64,000 bases of DNA from Lingula anatina (GCA_051362555.1 CM120645.1:7440001-7504000); one strand, 5' to 3'. Positions 1 through 13,500 are shown, counted from the first letter of the stretch. Notes: a model not told the origin generated them from the letters alone. Numbers and translations are program-made.

Positions 1-1122
1 TCTCAATTTAATTTGCAAGGACAATTAAAACATTTTTCATGTGAAAACATCCAGTCACAAGACCTCAACAAAGTCAATTTTACCAAGGATATTTTGAAAA
101 ACATTTCTTGGATTTCACTGAAATATCAATTTGACACTTAATCTGCTTACATATATAAATGTGAAGAGAACTTTGCCTTCAAGTATTTCTACAACAGCTG
201 CCAGCTGAAATGGATTTCACATGGTAATAGATCTGACTAATAAAGAATAGTGAAGCAAACCCAGAAGCTTACAAGTACTTGCATTTTGCTCAAGGTTATC
301 ATGAGCCTAGTCCACTAGCAAATACATTTTACAATTATGTCATATGGATAATTGTGGAAACCAAATGGAGCAATCTTAAATTGTTTGAATAATTAGTTTG
401 TGATATTCTAAAAGAAAACGAAGTAATATCATCACCAATTGTTTAAAATCTTAATAGTTAGTGCAATAATATAAAGGAAAACTGAAAGTTTCTCCAGCTA
501 GGTGTTTCACCTAATTCTAGCAATTAACTATCAGTTGCTTTTAAGCAGTAGAGTTTATCATGCAATTTTCTAGTAAATTTAATTCTGAGACAGTACAGAA
601 ATTTAAAATAAAAATCACATTTTTTTCAACCTGTAGAAATTTTTTTTTTTGAGCAGTGACAAAAATATCACATGCTTGCAGGTGCCTTAAGCAGTAGTTT
701 GTTGTATCAATATTTGGATACGAAATACACATTGATTGACATTGTGGTTTAGAGTATAATAAATACATCAACAAGTAGTAATGAAATCTCACAACTGTAA
801 ATTATGAACAGTCCAGTTTTTATACACCAAAGCTTTCATATTGCACATATCAATATATAAAATTAACTAAATTTGTGTTAATAGCTTGTAGATATGTAAT
901 CTTTTTGCTGGAATGAAAGATACTTTGATGTTTAAAAAGCAAACAAATTAAAATATATGAACCTAGATTTATAAACCAAAAGCTCCACCTTCAATGGCAA
1001 TATGCCATTTTTTTATATACCGTACCCTAAAATGCTAAATCCAAATAGAAGCTGAATATCAATTAAGTACATGAAAGACCATGTGATTATTATGTTAAAA
1101 AAGATCCATCTTGTTCCTCAGT

Positions 1123-4100
1123 TCATCCTCTGCGATTCCTCAGTCTTGGTACGTAAGAATTTGTCGTCTGCAGGGCCACAATGAGAGCAAGCCACAGAGG
1201 ACACATAAAACAGACGTACCAAGCACTTCCTGTGACATTGGAAGTGAACCAATTAGAAAGCATGCCCAACATGAGGCTGACAGAAACCATCAGGTACAAT
1301 ATAACACCAGAGGTGGCGTGAAGCAACTTCTGTTGAAAGAGGGACATGTAAGGCCTCAGGATGTCGGGGAACCATACAAACTCTACCATCCCGATCAGGA
1401 TCTGCATCACCAGGTAACCCACTGTTATAATACCTAAGAATCCGTGCCAGGAGGTAAAGTGAAGCTTGTTGTGCAAGATCTTGTTGTACACAATAACAGA
1501 AACGCCAGTGGCTGCACACACGCCGCAGAGGATTTGAAGGATTTTGTGGACCATGACTTTAGTCTTGTGCTCTGCTTTTGACAACATTGAACTTTCCGGT
1601 GAGAAAGCCAGGATGGCTTCCACCATCAGGAAGGTGAACTGGAAATACAGAATGATTCAAAGTCAGAACAAAAATGATATAAAAAATTAGCATATTAACT
1701 TGGGCATGATGCAGTCTGATAACCCTGGCCTAGATCTTATTTTAGTCTTTACTACTATGTTTATCGGCCACAGTTATGTATTTATTTTAAGGCTAACTTG
1801 ATTTATAATATGTAGAGATCTTTTTCAAAACAACTGAATATACAAAATGTTCAAGGTTGAGATGAAGCAGAGGAATTTTTAAATCTATGGGTCAGTCAAG
1901 TGATGTGATTCAGTTTTCTTTAACTTAATCAGATTTCATTTTCATATCTGACCAACTGTATTTGACAAATGAAATAAGTTCAAAATTATTACTCACCGCT
2001 ACAACCATCAAGGTTGGATGCCATGAAAACAAGCCTACAATGAAATGAAACTTATAAATGATGGTTTAACTTATATGATCTTAAAATTATATATCACTCT
2101 ACATTAAAACTACTAAAGTACATGTAATTATGCTAAGTCTTATTACTATGTAGTGATTAAAGTACAGGGTGTCTCATCTTATGTCAAAAGAAAAGAATTG
2201 CCATTACAAATATACTAATAAATGAAAGCAATATGTTCCCATTTTCAAGAGTTAACCAATATCAGTATTTCATAAAAGTCATTTCTTATAAAATAGCAAG
2301 AATATTCCAACTGAAATCTTGAAGTGATAACTACTACCAAACATTTCCAACATGCAAAAACAGCAACACTGTCATCTATCTTTTATCCGATATGAAGAAT
2401 ATTCCGTTTAGCCCTTGCTAATGTGATCAAAAAATCAATATCTAATTTTCTGCTGCATATAAGAGAAATATGTCGTAGCACTTCATTTAATTGGCTTAAA
2501 ATTCCAACTGAACCCCTTGAGAAAAAAAAAGAAAAAAAATGCCATTAACAAACAATGAGTAAGCATCATTGCCCTCAACAAGGGCTGCATATTAATTACG
2601 TGCACTTTTCTTCAATGCAAGTACTAGGGTAGAGTACAGATTTGTGTTATGAATAAGACAGAGACATATCATTCTGTGACTATTTAGTAAAAAAATCAAT
2701 CTGTGACCACGGTAGAGGATAAAACATCATGATGATACAAAAAAACACATACTCTATAAAACTTAAATCAAGCAAATCCCATCACTTTATCAATATAATC
2801 TCCAAATTTCTGGGGGTTACCGTCTTCAAAAGGCTTCAGTTTGGACATGTCCATATTGGTCAAAAGATTTAAAAGGTCACTACATGTCCCATAATACAAA
2901 TGACCATCTTTGTACAGCTGATGAGCTAGCTCAATCTGATGGTTCCCCATAAGTTTCTCATTAATGACAACAATTAAAGGTTTCCCAGCATGCAGTGTTT
3001 CCAACACGCTGCCGGCTCCTGCGTGGCTAATGACAAGATCAGATTCCTTTATGTCATCTGCTATCGAGGGCTTTCTTCTATACACCTCAATTTTGAGCTC
3101 CTTGAAGTGAGTGACGTCTGGCTCATAACTGCCCTGTCCTGTCTGAAGAGTGAGGTGTCTGTAACCAAGCTTATGTAGAGCTGACAGTATTTCAGAACAG
3201 CACACTGTCTTTATGAGGTCATCAAACTGGGTCGTGCCCACCGTTACAAACAGTTTCTTCATTTGGTTTGGGTGAAAACGATACAACTTAAATCTTAAAC
3301 AAACTTGAAAATCTCCTCTTCCGTATTCTGAACTTCTCACTTGTGATACTGTCTTTTCAGCATGAAAGTTGACTGGTTTCAGCTAATTGTCTTTCCAGTT
3401 TAGAGGCAATTTTGTTATGGTTGCAGTCTTGAATATCCTTTTGCCTTTGGTTAGTCAGAACAGTTCTGTTATGTTCTTCTTGCCATCACTTCTGTAAAGA
3501 ATACAAACAATCTTGGTCTAGAAGATGAGATGTCCCATACTGCTGTGTGCTGTAACTCCTGCTTTGATGTGGTTTAGTCTTTGCATTAATTTGTACTAAG
3601 AAAAATAACTGAAACTGGTACCTTAAGATGCCACAGAAATAATAATTAACTACAAAAAATTATGTGTACTACTGAGATGATGAATAACAAAGTTGGTTAT
3701 GAGGAAAGGGGATTTTTTTGTTGTTCCAAACAAAAGTGAAAGCAAAATTGAAGGATCAAATAGGAGTATTACTCCAGTTTGACTTGACAATCACTTGTTT
3801 TGGGTATACCAGTACACTGTACTTACAAGCTAGGCTATAGAACCTAAATCATAACAGACACGGGTGCCTTAAAATATCATGGAAAAAGCTTTTTTTTTCT
3901 TTTTTTTTTAACATAGGTACATAATATGGATGATGAACAAAAGAAAGAGATTTTTTTCTTTTAAAAAACTAAATTTGAGGGCAAAATAACTGAAATACTA
4001 CTCCCTTATCCCAATAAACCAAAAGCTCAGGCCAAAATAAATGTTGCAGTGTGTATTAGTTCTTACAAATCTTTAAACCTGCACCGCGTCAAAGTGAAAG

Positions 4101-4311
4101 TGAACAAAAAACATGATGAGGTGGAACTTGGGAACTGAAACCGAAACAGAGCAACGTGTCAGAATCACCAAAAAACTAAAATTCTCTCTAAGATTAGCAT
4201 CCTAGCGCAAAATTATTACTTACTTGACCCTGGCCATGCTGTGTAGACAACGAAAGAGGTAAATAGCACCACTATAAAATGCGCAACCATTTCAATAATC
4301 AGAAATATCAT
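1123..4311 (-). CDS. CYB561D2: Cytochrome b561 domain-containing protein 2 (transmembrane reductase), 3 coding exons, about 213 aa
   Basis: Exons 4311-4224, 2034-1997, 1638-1123 join in frame across GT-AG introns: MIFLIIEMVAHF...PGS|LFSWHPTLMVVA|FTFLMVEAIL...HKILQ...NKILHNKLHFTSWHGFLG...KLLHATSG. Contains the heme-ligating His motifs of the b561 family. True start could lie further upstream (possible acceptor at 4351). Confidence 0.9.
2570..2721. mobile_element. MITE family A, degenerate copy (TACCCTCTACCAGGG-type TIR)
   Basis: Right end AATCAATCTGTGACCACGGTAGAGGATA is the reverse complement of the left end of the copies at 19706 and 22181; left end TGCCCTCAACAAGGG. Confidence 0.6.
2768..3262 (-). 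CDS. ALG13: UDP-N-acetylglucosamine transferase catalytic subunit ALG13 (short GT28-C form), single coding exon, 164 aa
   Basis: MKKLFVTVGTTQFDDLI...DLVISHAGAGSVLETL...KPLIVVINEKLMGNHQIELA are ALG13 signature motifs. ATG at 3262 (ORF-track start at 3340 is a GTG). Lies in CYB561D2 intron 1, same strand. Confidence 0.93.
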   Translation of the reverse strand: MKKLFVTVGTTQFDDLIKTVCCSEILSALHKLGYRHLTLQTGQGSYEPDVTHFKELKIEVYRRKPSIADDIKESDLVISHAGAGSVLETLHAGKPLIVVINEKLMGNHQIELAHQLYKDGHLYYGTCSDLLNLLTNMDMSKLKPFEDGNPQKFGDYIDKVMGFA

Positions 4312-4581
4312 CTGCCGACAAGTTACCGTCTTTCCAGATGGAGCCTTCTTCTGGGAAATAAGTGATTGGTTCCCTCTATTGCGATTTATACCTTAGATTA
4401 AATTCTTGATTAAAAAAATTGCAAATGATACATACATAATGATCATCACTAACATAATAATTGTTCAAAAAGCTCAAATATGATATTTATTGGCAAAATA
4501 AAGTCACAATTTAGTTCGTTAATGTACCAAAATGTCACTGGGGAACGAGCCGCATAAATGACCTAGTTCGAAGGAAACAAC
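4312..4581. promoter_or_regulatory. Bidirectional promoter region CYB561D2/NPRL2
   Basis: Only 270 bp between divergent ATGs (4311 and 4582); CCAAT box (GATTGG on + strand near 4363); locally more CpG than the flanking gene bodies. Confidence 0.7.
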
Positions 4582-7500
4582 ATGGAGCGTGTGCCTCCAA
4601 TCAAATGCATATTTTTCTCCGAATTCCACACGACTGCAGGACCGATAATTACATATCAGGTATAGGGAAATTACTTAAAAAGAGTTAGAGATGATTTAGT
4701 TATTCTAGAATATGCGTAAATAAATAACAAACACCTTCCAATTTTACTGTAAAGCCTGGTCCTTGAACTTGTGCATATACATGACCTTACATCTGCAATT
4801 GTCAGTAATGTGGGTCTAGTGGGGGTGGGTATCTCAGTGATTATACGACTTAGTCAAATTACAAAGAGTGCTAGACTTAAACCAAATCTTGCTTAGTTTT
4901 ATTTACACCTCTGATATGGTGGTTTGATGTATTTGTAGATTCCTGAATATAAACATAATATGTAGCATTTTTTGTTAACCAGAAGCTGATGCTGGGGTAG
5001 CGCTAGGATTTTTTTTTTTTTTTTTTTTTGCTTAGCCAAATCACATTTTTGTCGGTTTGTTATGGAAATGGTTATAATTTGGCTAAAACAAGTCAAATCA
5101 AGCCCTTTTTCTGTAGCCAATTTAAGTCAGTTTTAGCATTTGGCTAAATTGGCGAGTGTTAGCGCTACCCCAGTGATGATAAAAGATAGTGATGATTTAT
5201 GCTTTAAGTCTTGAAGTTTGAATTCAGTCTATTCCTGGCAGTGACATGGAATTAATGTGAATTATATTATTGGACATTAATTTTTTTAAAGATTTTTTTT
5301 TCCAAATAAATACAGGGATTTTAAAATCAACAAAAAGTTATAATGTCACTTTGTCTACTTATATTTTTCCAATTTCAGGTTCCTGAAGACTATTTGTCAA
5401 AAGAGGCATTTGATACTGTACATGTATACATCATCACAAAGCCTCAGCTACAAAACAGGCTAATCACTATGTAAGAAATATTCCAAAGATTTTCCATTAA
5501 ACCTATATATTTTAGATAATTAAGTCGTTAAGAACTGCATGCACTCTGTGACTGGTAAGAGCTATTGAGTTTTAAGATACTGATACTGTTAGTATTACAT
5601 TCTATTTCACAAGCTTTCTGAAGCATGATTTAACACATTTTAGAAGGTCATTGCCTTATATACTCAACATTTTATTAATTATATTTATTTTCATTTCAGC
5701 AATGCACTTGGACACAAGATAATGGGCTGTCCTGTATGTATAGAGAACCCTAAGTATCCTAGGAATATGCTCATCTTTAACTTGTGCCTGGTGATAGATG
5801 CCACAGCCAGCACAGCTCCTTTTGAAATTATTGTCAAGAAACTGGCAGGGTACCTCACCAACTTAGAGGCAAGTGACACATACATGGTCGACAACACTGA
5901 TAATTCTGTGTACTAGTATATTATTTTATTAAAGGCAAACAGTCTGTAATAAACTTTTATATAGTGAAAAATACTGGTTATCATCCTGGAATTTAATAGT
6001 GCATTTATATCAGATCAAATTTTTTAGAAAGAAAGCATATTTATTAGTCTATAAACTGGTTTTCTAGTCCGTATTTGTAATATATGCTGTAACTAAGGAT
6101 ATCCATGCAGTCTCTCCCTCTACAGACTCAAATATTAGAAACAATTAGAACTTGGATGATTCTATTTGGATTAGGCTCTAGCATTCATTATGGTCATTAA
6201 GGTAAACGTGTAGATATCTCCTGACTATATTTTTACTATTTGAGTGTGTGGCTTTAACTCCCTAGTAATGGAAAAAATGAACAATATCTTTATGTATCAG
6301 TGCACTGAAGTGGGAGCAGAATGTGTTAACTGGGCAGTGGAAAGTCGCCTTCAGTGTTGTGAACTGTGTTAAACAGCCTCACCTAACACAATCAATGTTT
6401 CATATATTCACAACTTTCTTCCAGCTTGAAAATGAGTTTCTGTCCAATGAAGAGCAGAAGTCTACTCTACCCAATATAATGTCCAGAATTCTCTCTGAAC
6501 TCAATATGTCTGGAACCTGTAACATCCCTATAAGTAAGTGGAATGAAGATGTTTAAAACCCCTTTTTATGAAACTTACTGTGTACATGTATAATTGTTAT
6601 AAATACCAGTTATACAAGTACTAACCCAGTCAAGCATTTGTGGTCTGTTGTGAGTCTTTAGGCTGGTTGGCAATAAAACTATCATCCCTATGCGGGACTC
6701 TCGCTGAATGAAATCAGATTAACATATTAACACCTCTCCAGTTGGCATTGAGTAGAATACAGAAAAGCTGGTGATTATACGAGTACTATAGGAACAAAAC
6801 TAGGAGTGTTAATCTGTTAATCTGACTGCATTCATTGAAAGTCCATTCAGAGTTGGATCGATCTATGTAGAACTATAGTTTCATTGGGAATAAGCCCTTA
6901 ACAATATTATTGTATTGTCAGGCCTGTAGCCAGCAGTTTCAAAAGGAGGTGTTAAATATTCTGAAAAAGTGGAATATTAACCCCTCAGTTTGCCCAATTT
7001 GAAAAATGATGTAAAACCTGGATCAAATTTTGATTCAGAGTGGACCTTTCCGACGAAAAGGAGTGTTTCTTTTGAACATCACACCCCTTTCCCTGCCTAC
7101 AAGTATATAGGCCTGATTGTTATGATTTCCAGTTTTACCAAACACCTGCATTTGAAAATGAAAATGCTACAACAATAAGCATATCTTCCTCTGAAGATGT
7201 ATACATATAATTTCAATATTGTTACAATTTATGTGCAGATTTATTCATTTTCTATATTTCATTTTAACAGATAAATCAAACACCATCCACCTGAAGCTAG
7301 TCCTTCCACATGAAGACGCCTTGGAGGTAGCAGACCACGATGTGCCAATATTTCTCAGTTCTAAGAACAACTTTCAGAGAAATCAGTGGGATCTTACAAC
7401 ACAGCAGGTGAGTTATTAACCACTGTCAGTACTGGTCTAACTAGAAACTGTAAATAGCCTGATAACTGACAAAACCAGACTGTCTGGTTGCTTTTCACAT

Positions 7501-10500
7501 GAAGATGCGATTATCTTTGCAGTGGCAAGTTCTTATTTGATAAAATCTGGTTATTTTAAAGTAGGCATTTGAGACATTTTTTTGGATAGTAAGTTTTATG
7601 ATTTATTAGTAGTATTTAGATGGTATTTGCAAAGTTCACAATCATGACATTTAATCTGAGTTCAAAATAAAAACATTGAATTTTAGAGGTTCAAATAAAC
7701 AAGAGGTGGCTCTGAATTGTATTTAAGACAAATGATATTACTAAATGTCAACCCAGAAAATGTCTAGCTTATTTATTTAAAAAATAAAAAAGTAGTAGTT
7801 ATTTTATGATGCCTTCTAAAATAATGGACTTAAAATCAGGTACGATATGGTAAAGTTGTTTGTTTCTCCATCTGTTAGAACAATTATTGTGCATTTGCTG
7901 ACTCTCCTTGGTATTTGTATTTGAAAATGAGAACTTTCCAATACATCAGATGTATAGATTTCTTAAAACAGCTGTTCTGTGTAAAGATTCTGAGTGAGCA
8001 TGTCTCTTTCATCCATCAATGACTGTTAACTTATTATTATGTCTGCCATGTATTTTGGTCTTGTGATTTCTAAATGTTTAATCAGCCTCATCATATGATT
8101 TTGGAATTTTCGAATGTTCTATCCTGCAGATTACTAATAAATTATAATAATTATTACTATATGTATAATTATATCTTGTTTCTTATCAGTTCCAAGAATA
8201 TAAGAAAATTCTAAGCTGATTTGTCACTTTTGTTTGTCCTTTTTAGTTACTGTTTATGAGTAAATATTTATAAAAAATTGGCTATGGATTGAGACTGCAT
8301 GGGCTTAGGATTAAAAAAATACTTATGAAATAAAAAGGCCAAAAAACATATAAAGTGCATTGCTTAATTGTGTACTTATTTTTAATATTATCTGTTGTAT
8401 TGTGCATTTTCATAATAATGTAGATGTATCAGCTACAATGAATAAAGCCTGTATCAAAGTTTTTAAAAAGTGTATTATTCCAATGCTGTATTTTCAGATA
8501 ATTCCCTACATTGATGGTTTCAATCATGTGGCCAGGATATCAGTGGAAACAGATGTTGAGATAAACCTGGTGAAAGGTTGTGTGCAGAACTTACTGTAAG
8601 TACTCAACAAGGCAGATTCACATCAGGATTAACATAAAACCATGTACGAGGCAGTAGGTAGCATGAATGCAATCAGATTTACAAGCCTCCTCCTGGCATT
8701 GAGCAGAGTATGTGGCTGTGGAAAAGCTGGTGATTATACGAGTATGCTGGACACTAGAGGAGGCATGTTAATCTGATAACCTGATTGCATTCAGCAAGAG
8801 TCTCCGCAGAATTAGTTTGAACAACTGAGTTCCAAATGTAATTTTTTCTATCCACCTGACATAACCAATGAGTTTCCCTTTGGCCATGTTATGACATCTG
8901 CTAGCTAGTACACCTCAGTCCAAATAAATTCTGATGTGAACACGCCCTTTGATTAGGGCCCATTCCCAATGAAACTGTTGTTCCACATAGCTCGATTCAA
9001 CTGCAGGGACTCTTGCTGAATGCAATCAGATAAACCAAATAACACTGTTGTTGAGTAGAATATTTGTTTGTACTAGTATGTTGGAAACAAGAGGAGGTAA
9101 TCTGATTGCAATCTGATTGCATTCAGCTAAAGTCCCTGCGGAGTTGGATTGATCTGCCTAGAATGATAGTTTTGCTAAGAATAGACCCTTTATCATCTTC
9201 TTTATTATGCTTAAGTTTTAAATCAGTTAATGAATTAATGAGTTCACTAAGGCCAAAGTAATATCTCCAAGGAATACATTTGAAATATGAATTGAAAATT
9301 TGTGAAGGAGTAATGTAGATATCCTCCTAGCGTAATTTAAAGATAGCACAACATTTGCAGCATTGAGATTTTTTCATCATCGTAAGGGTGTTATTAATCT
9401 GTTAACTGCCAGAGGTGGAAGGTCGATGTTGTTTTTATTTTTCTACCAGTTCCACATTTAGACCCCTCTTAAAGGTGAATGTTGTTGTAAGCATCAGAGA
9501 CGTAGCCTTTATCTCTGTATAGATGAGAGATCTCAGGCCATGTTTTTAAGAGCTCTAGGGTGAGGATTATTTAAATGCCACAAAGTTGGTGGGCAAAGTT
9601 GAAAAAATCTGAGATAGCAGAAATAACAAGGGCATGCTTTCTCAATTTTTATGATTGTTTGGCAATTTTTTTATTTTGTCCACTGACTCCAAAATATATT
9701 ACTCTAGAAATAGATATTCTGTTTTTATGAATGGAAAATGTATTGTTTTTGAAATGATTGCTATTTGATAAGTATGTAGTGTAGAGCAGACTTGAAATGT
9801 TGTTTTAAAATAGAAATAAAAAGGAAATATCCTAGAAGCCAGCCCGTAATTCCAGCTCTCTTTAATTAACCCTCAGTGATATTTCAAACATATCACCTAG
9901 CTATAGTATCTATCATACCTCTGAGCACCTGTCACTGTTTGGTTACTGTTACATCTTAATTAAATTAAGTGCTTTTACACCTGGTACACCTGGTGAAGTT
10001 TAGAACTTTTTGCTGTGTTAAAATGTCTTATTCTTAATCATTGGGATTTAAAATTATTAAAAGTGTCTGGATTTTAAAGGATTTGTTTTAAATCATGTAT
10101 ACATGTATTTAAGTGGCTGTTTATTTATGTATTATTTTTTTATTTTTCTTCATTATTATGCTTGTATTGTTACCATTATCAGTTTATATTTTAGGTATTT
10201 ATAAAGGAATGTGTGTGCTGAAAAAGGGTTGCACTTATAATTTCTCTGAGTAAATATAAAATATACCAACTTTATATCTTGCACAGCATCAAAATGAATT
10301 AATCAGTGTTTATTGTTTACTTAATAAATGTTCATTTTTTCCAGGCATTTCAATATCATAGCAATAATCTCCATATTCCAGGTGAGTTGTGAAATGGCAT
10401 TTTTGATGATGGATCTGGGTGGGTGTTGGTGGTGGAGGGGGGGGGGGGGGGGAAGAGGGGGGGTCTGAGGGGGCACAGTGGGCACAGGACCCTCCCTCAA

Positions 10501-13500
10501 CTACTGAGATATCCCCTACTGTCCCTTATATCCCCCAAAATTGAGCAGAGCAAGATATATGAGGCCATTTTCAATTCCTGTGTCCTGCGTAAAAAAAAGA
10601 AATATTGTTCTTGTCCACATGTAGTCAATTTTGTATTTTGCTGTTCTGTTCACTGTTTGGCAAAACATTTTCATCCTGGCGCCATCCTCTCCAAGCAACA
10701 TCCTGGAACCCCCACTTATTTTAGCCTTTCATATCTATCATTTTCCTTATTCTGTGGATGCTTTATAAAAAATAAGTTGACATTAGGTTACTTGAAACTT
10801 TCATTTGGAGTCAGTCTGATTAACAGGTAACTTGTATTTATTGCAACATGCTCTCTAAAGGTGAAACATGATGTCATAATTTCATGTTGGTTATGGTCAT
10901 CCAGTAAAACATCCACACTAGTTTTTTTGATATTTTACAAAGTGCCAGTGTTTCAGAGAAAAAGCTGGCAGTAGTTTTCACAACCTTTGCATTTGGGTTA
11001 TTTCTTACCTGAAAGTCTGCAAGTGTTTACAGACCTGTAGAGTTATATGTAATTAATCACACATCATAATTAATTTTGTTGGAATAAGGTTTTGTTATTA
11101 CCAAAAATGTATTCAATTAGGAACAGTTATCTCAAGTCGACCATGGGTCCTTTTTATTCCAAAAACAAAAAAGTGTATTCTGAAGTTCCAAATAATTGTA
11201 CTATCCAAATAATTGTACCATGTAGAAAAAAATTCAAAAGAAAAAAAAATAATGATAATAATAATCATAATCATACTGGTACAATTATTTGAAACTTCAA
11301 AGCATATAGAATTTTATCATTTTGAATCTTGCAGTATTCTAATGTGTACACTGTCACCCCAGAGATTAACCGCCTGGCAGAAGACAAACAGATGCAGGAG
11401 AGCTGCATTAAATATGTGGCCAAGTCAGGTTGGTGCACCCTGAGTTTCATGGGAATAATTTTAATTTTAATCAAAAGTGAATCACATTTTGGACACTCAT
11501 GTGCAGGTTATTTGAGTTCTGACATATGCATGTCCAGTATGGATTCAATTTTCATTCTCAATTTCTTCGAAATCTGTGCTTCGATACCTGGAAACTATTA
11601 CATTTATTTTGAGCTTGCTCATAATGTAGGTTGGTTTTTAGTAATCTCTGGAACTTGTGAGTGGGGGTGGGTATATTGTTATATATAGTGAGTTGAAGGT
11701 CACACTTTGGCATGGCACAAACCTAAACTGGTAATGATCTGATTGATGTAAGAAGACAACCAGGTTGATGAAGCAAGGATTTGAAATTCTTTTCTGTTGT
11801 CTGGTGATATTAATTAGACATTTCTGGTGTAAATTTTGTGCTGAACTTGGTTTTATTAATTTTACGAAGGAGCCTGAAGATTTTAATGTTCAGTGTTAGA
11901 TTTTTTGGTTATGGTGTCCTGTCTAATGGATATTTTTCTGACATAATCATAAAAGGCAGTTGGTTTTTCATTTGCCTTTTTATTTACTAGTAATTTTTTT
12001 CTGCTTGGTAGTCGTTGTCTATCACTCAACAAAAAGAAAATGCTATGTTTTTCTCTGCAGAATTTCATTGCCTTCTTTCAGCAAAACAGACATTTGTAAG
12101 TTTTTTTTTTTGTTAAAGATTTTATTCAGCTGTCTGCCACATGTTTTTTGTTGAACTGTAGACTTTTGTAAAACTTGAGAATGTCTTATAATTTTTTTCT
12201 GTCAAGTCTGCAATGGTCTGCCTTCATCCTGTTCTTTGTTCATAAGTAAAATTAGAGTTTAAAATTCGACATTTTTAAAAATAAATGTACACAAGCCATC
12301 CTTATACAAAGTGATAAAAAAAGGTTCATCAAATTTTAATTATTTTTAAATTTGTCATTTCCTCTGTCATCATTTCACTGTATGGTTAACAGACAGCAAT
12401 ATTCATTAAATTAATTTCAAGTTTACAGGGTGAGCAGCATGAGGATTTATCAATTAGAAATGGGAATAAATATTAAAAGTTACATTTTTTATCTGACAGG
12501 TCGACATCGGCCATCTTTTCACAACGTATTTATGCTGTACTGCGGCCTCACCCCGGGGACCACTGTGAGAGACCTGTGTACCAGGTTCAATCCCCATACA
12601 CTCAAAATAGATGAAAGGTTGGTGAAAGATCCGTTCACAAAAGAATGCATTGCTAATAGGCAGCAGAATTCCTTGCTGACATCCTGGTGATGGATTTCTT
12701 TAGAAAAATTTATGATGTGTTTCTGTCAGATGTGCTATTTTTACATTGAATTTCTAAGAATAGGAATAATTTTTTGGCCACAAAAAATGAATGCCTTGAG
12801 CTGCATGCATGCTTCTAGCAGCTGATTATTTTTAACGGAAATATATAAAATATTTGTTTGTACCTCTGTAGCTTTGTTTTACAATGTAAGTTGATGATTT
12901 ACCAACATTCGGATTAATAAGTTATTGTAGTGTCAGACCAAGACTATTTTCACCAGTTATATTGAAATAAAAATTATAAAGCATACTTTCTTCATTTTAT
13001 GTTCTTTAGAGCTCACTCTACATATACTTCAGTACCCAGTATGTTGAGCCTTCAAGTTGCTTATAATGCCAAAATGTACATAATCTCAACTGTTTGATAT
13101 TCAGAATTTTACCCATTGTTGTGATTGTGTTTCCAGAAAACTCATCCAGTTTGGCATGATGAAAAAATTAATCAGGAGGCTACACAAGTATCCACTGAAG
13201 CTGCCTAATGAATCTGGTTCCAATAAGACAAAGCACCTGTATAAATGGTTCACAGGACGACATCATTATGATGACATATGCTGTAAGACAGGTAGGATTG
13301 GACAAAAATACAAAGTGAGAATAAATGGTAATACCTGGTCAGTGGTGGATCCAAACTGGGGGGGGGGGGAAGCAGGCATTTGCCCATCCTTTACCTTCTG
13401 ATGCACACCCTTCCACCAACCCCTCCAAAATGTGAAATGAAAAGGAAACAATATTTTCCATCCTTCTGCCATACTGTACACATGATAGTAAAATCTTCTG

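Noticed and set aside
1111-1519. ORFs 1111-1437 (+) and 1253-1519 (-)
   Set aside because: Antisense or alternative-frame shadows of CYB561D2 exon 3.
2035-2767. Poly(A) tail/TSD evidence for ALG13 retroposition
   Set aside because: The A-run at about 2522 is on the wrong strand for a tail and no TSD is visible; retro-origin remains inference.
3263-3340. N-terminal extension of ALG13 in the ORF track
   Set aside because: Starts at GTG; homology begins at the ATG at 3262.
3262-4311. In-frame fusion of CYB561D2 TM1 to ALG13 as a membrane anchor
   Set aside because: The 4224->3491 splice reaches TAA within a few codons; I found no convincing in-frame acceptor.
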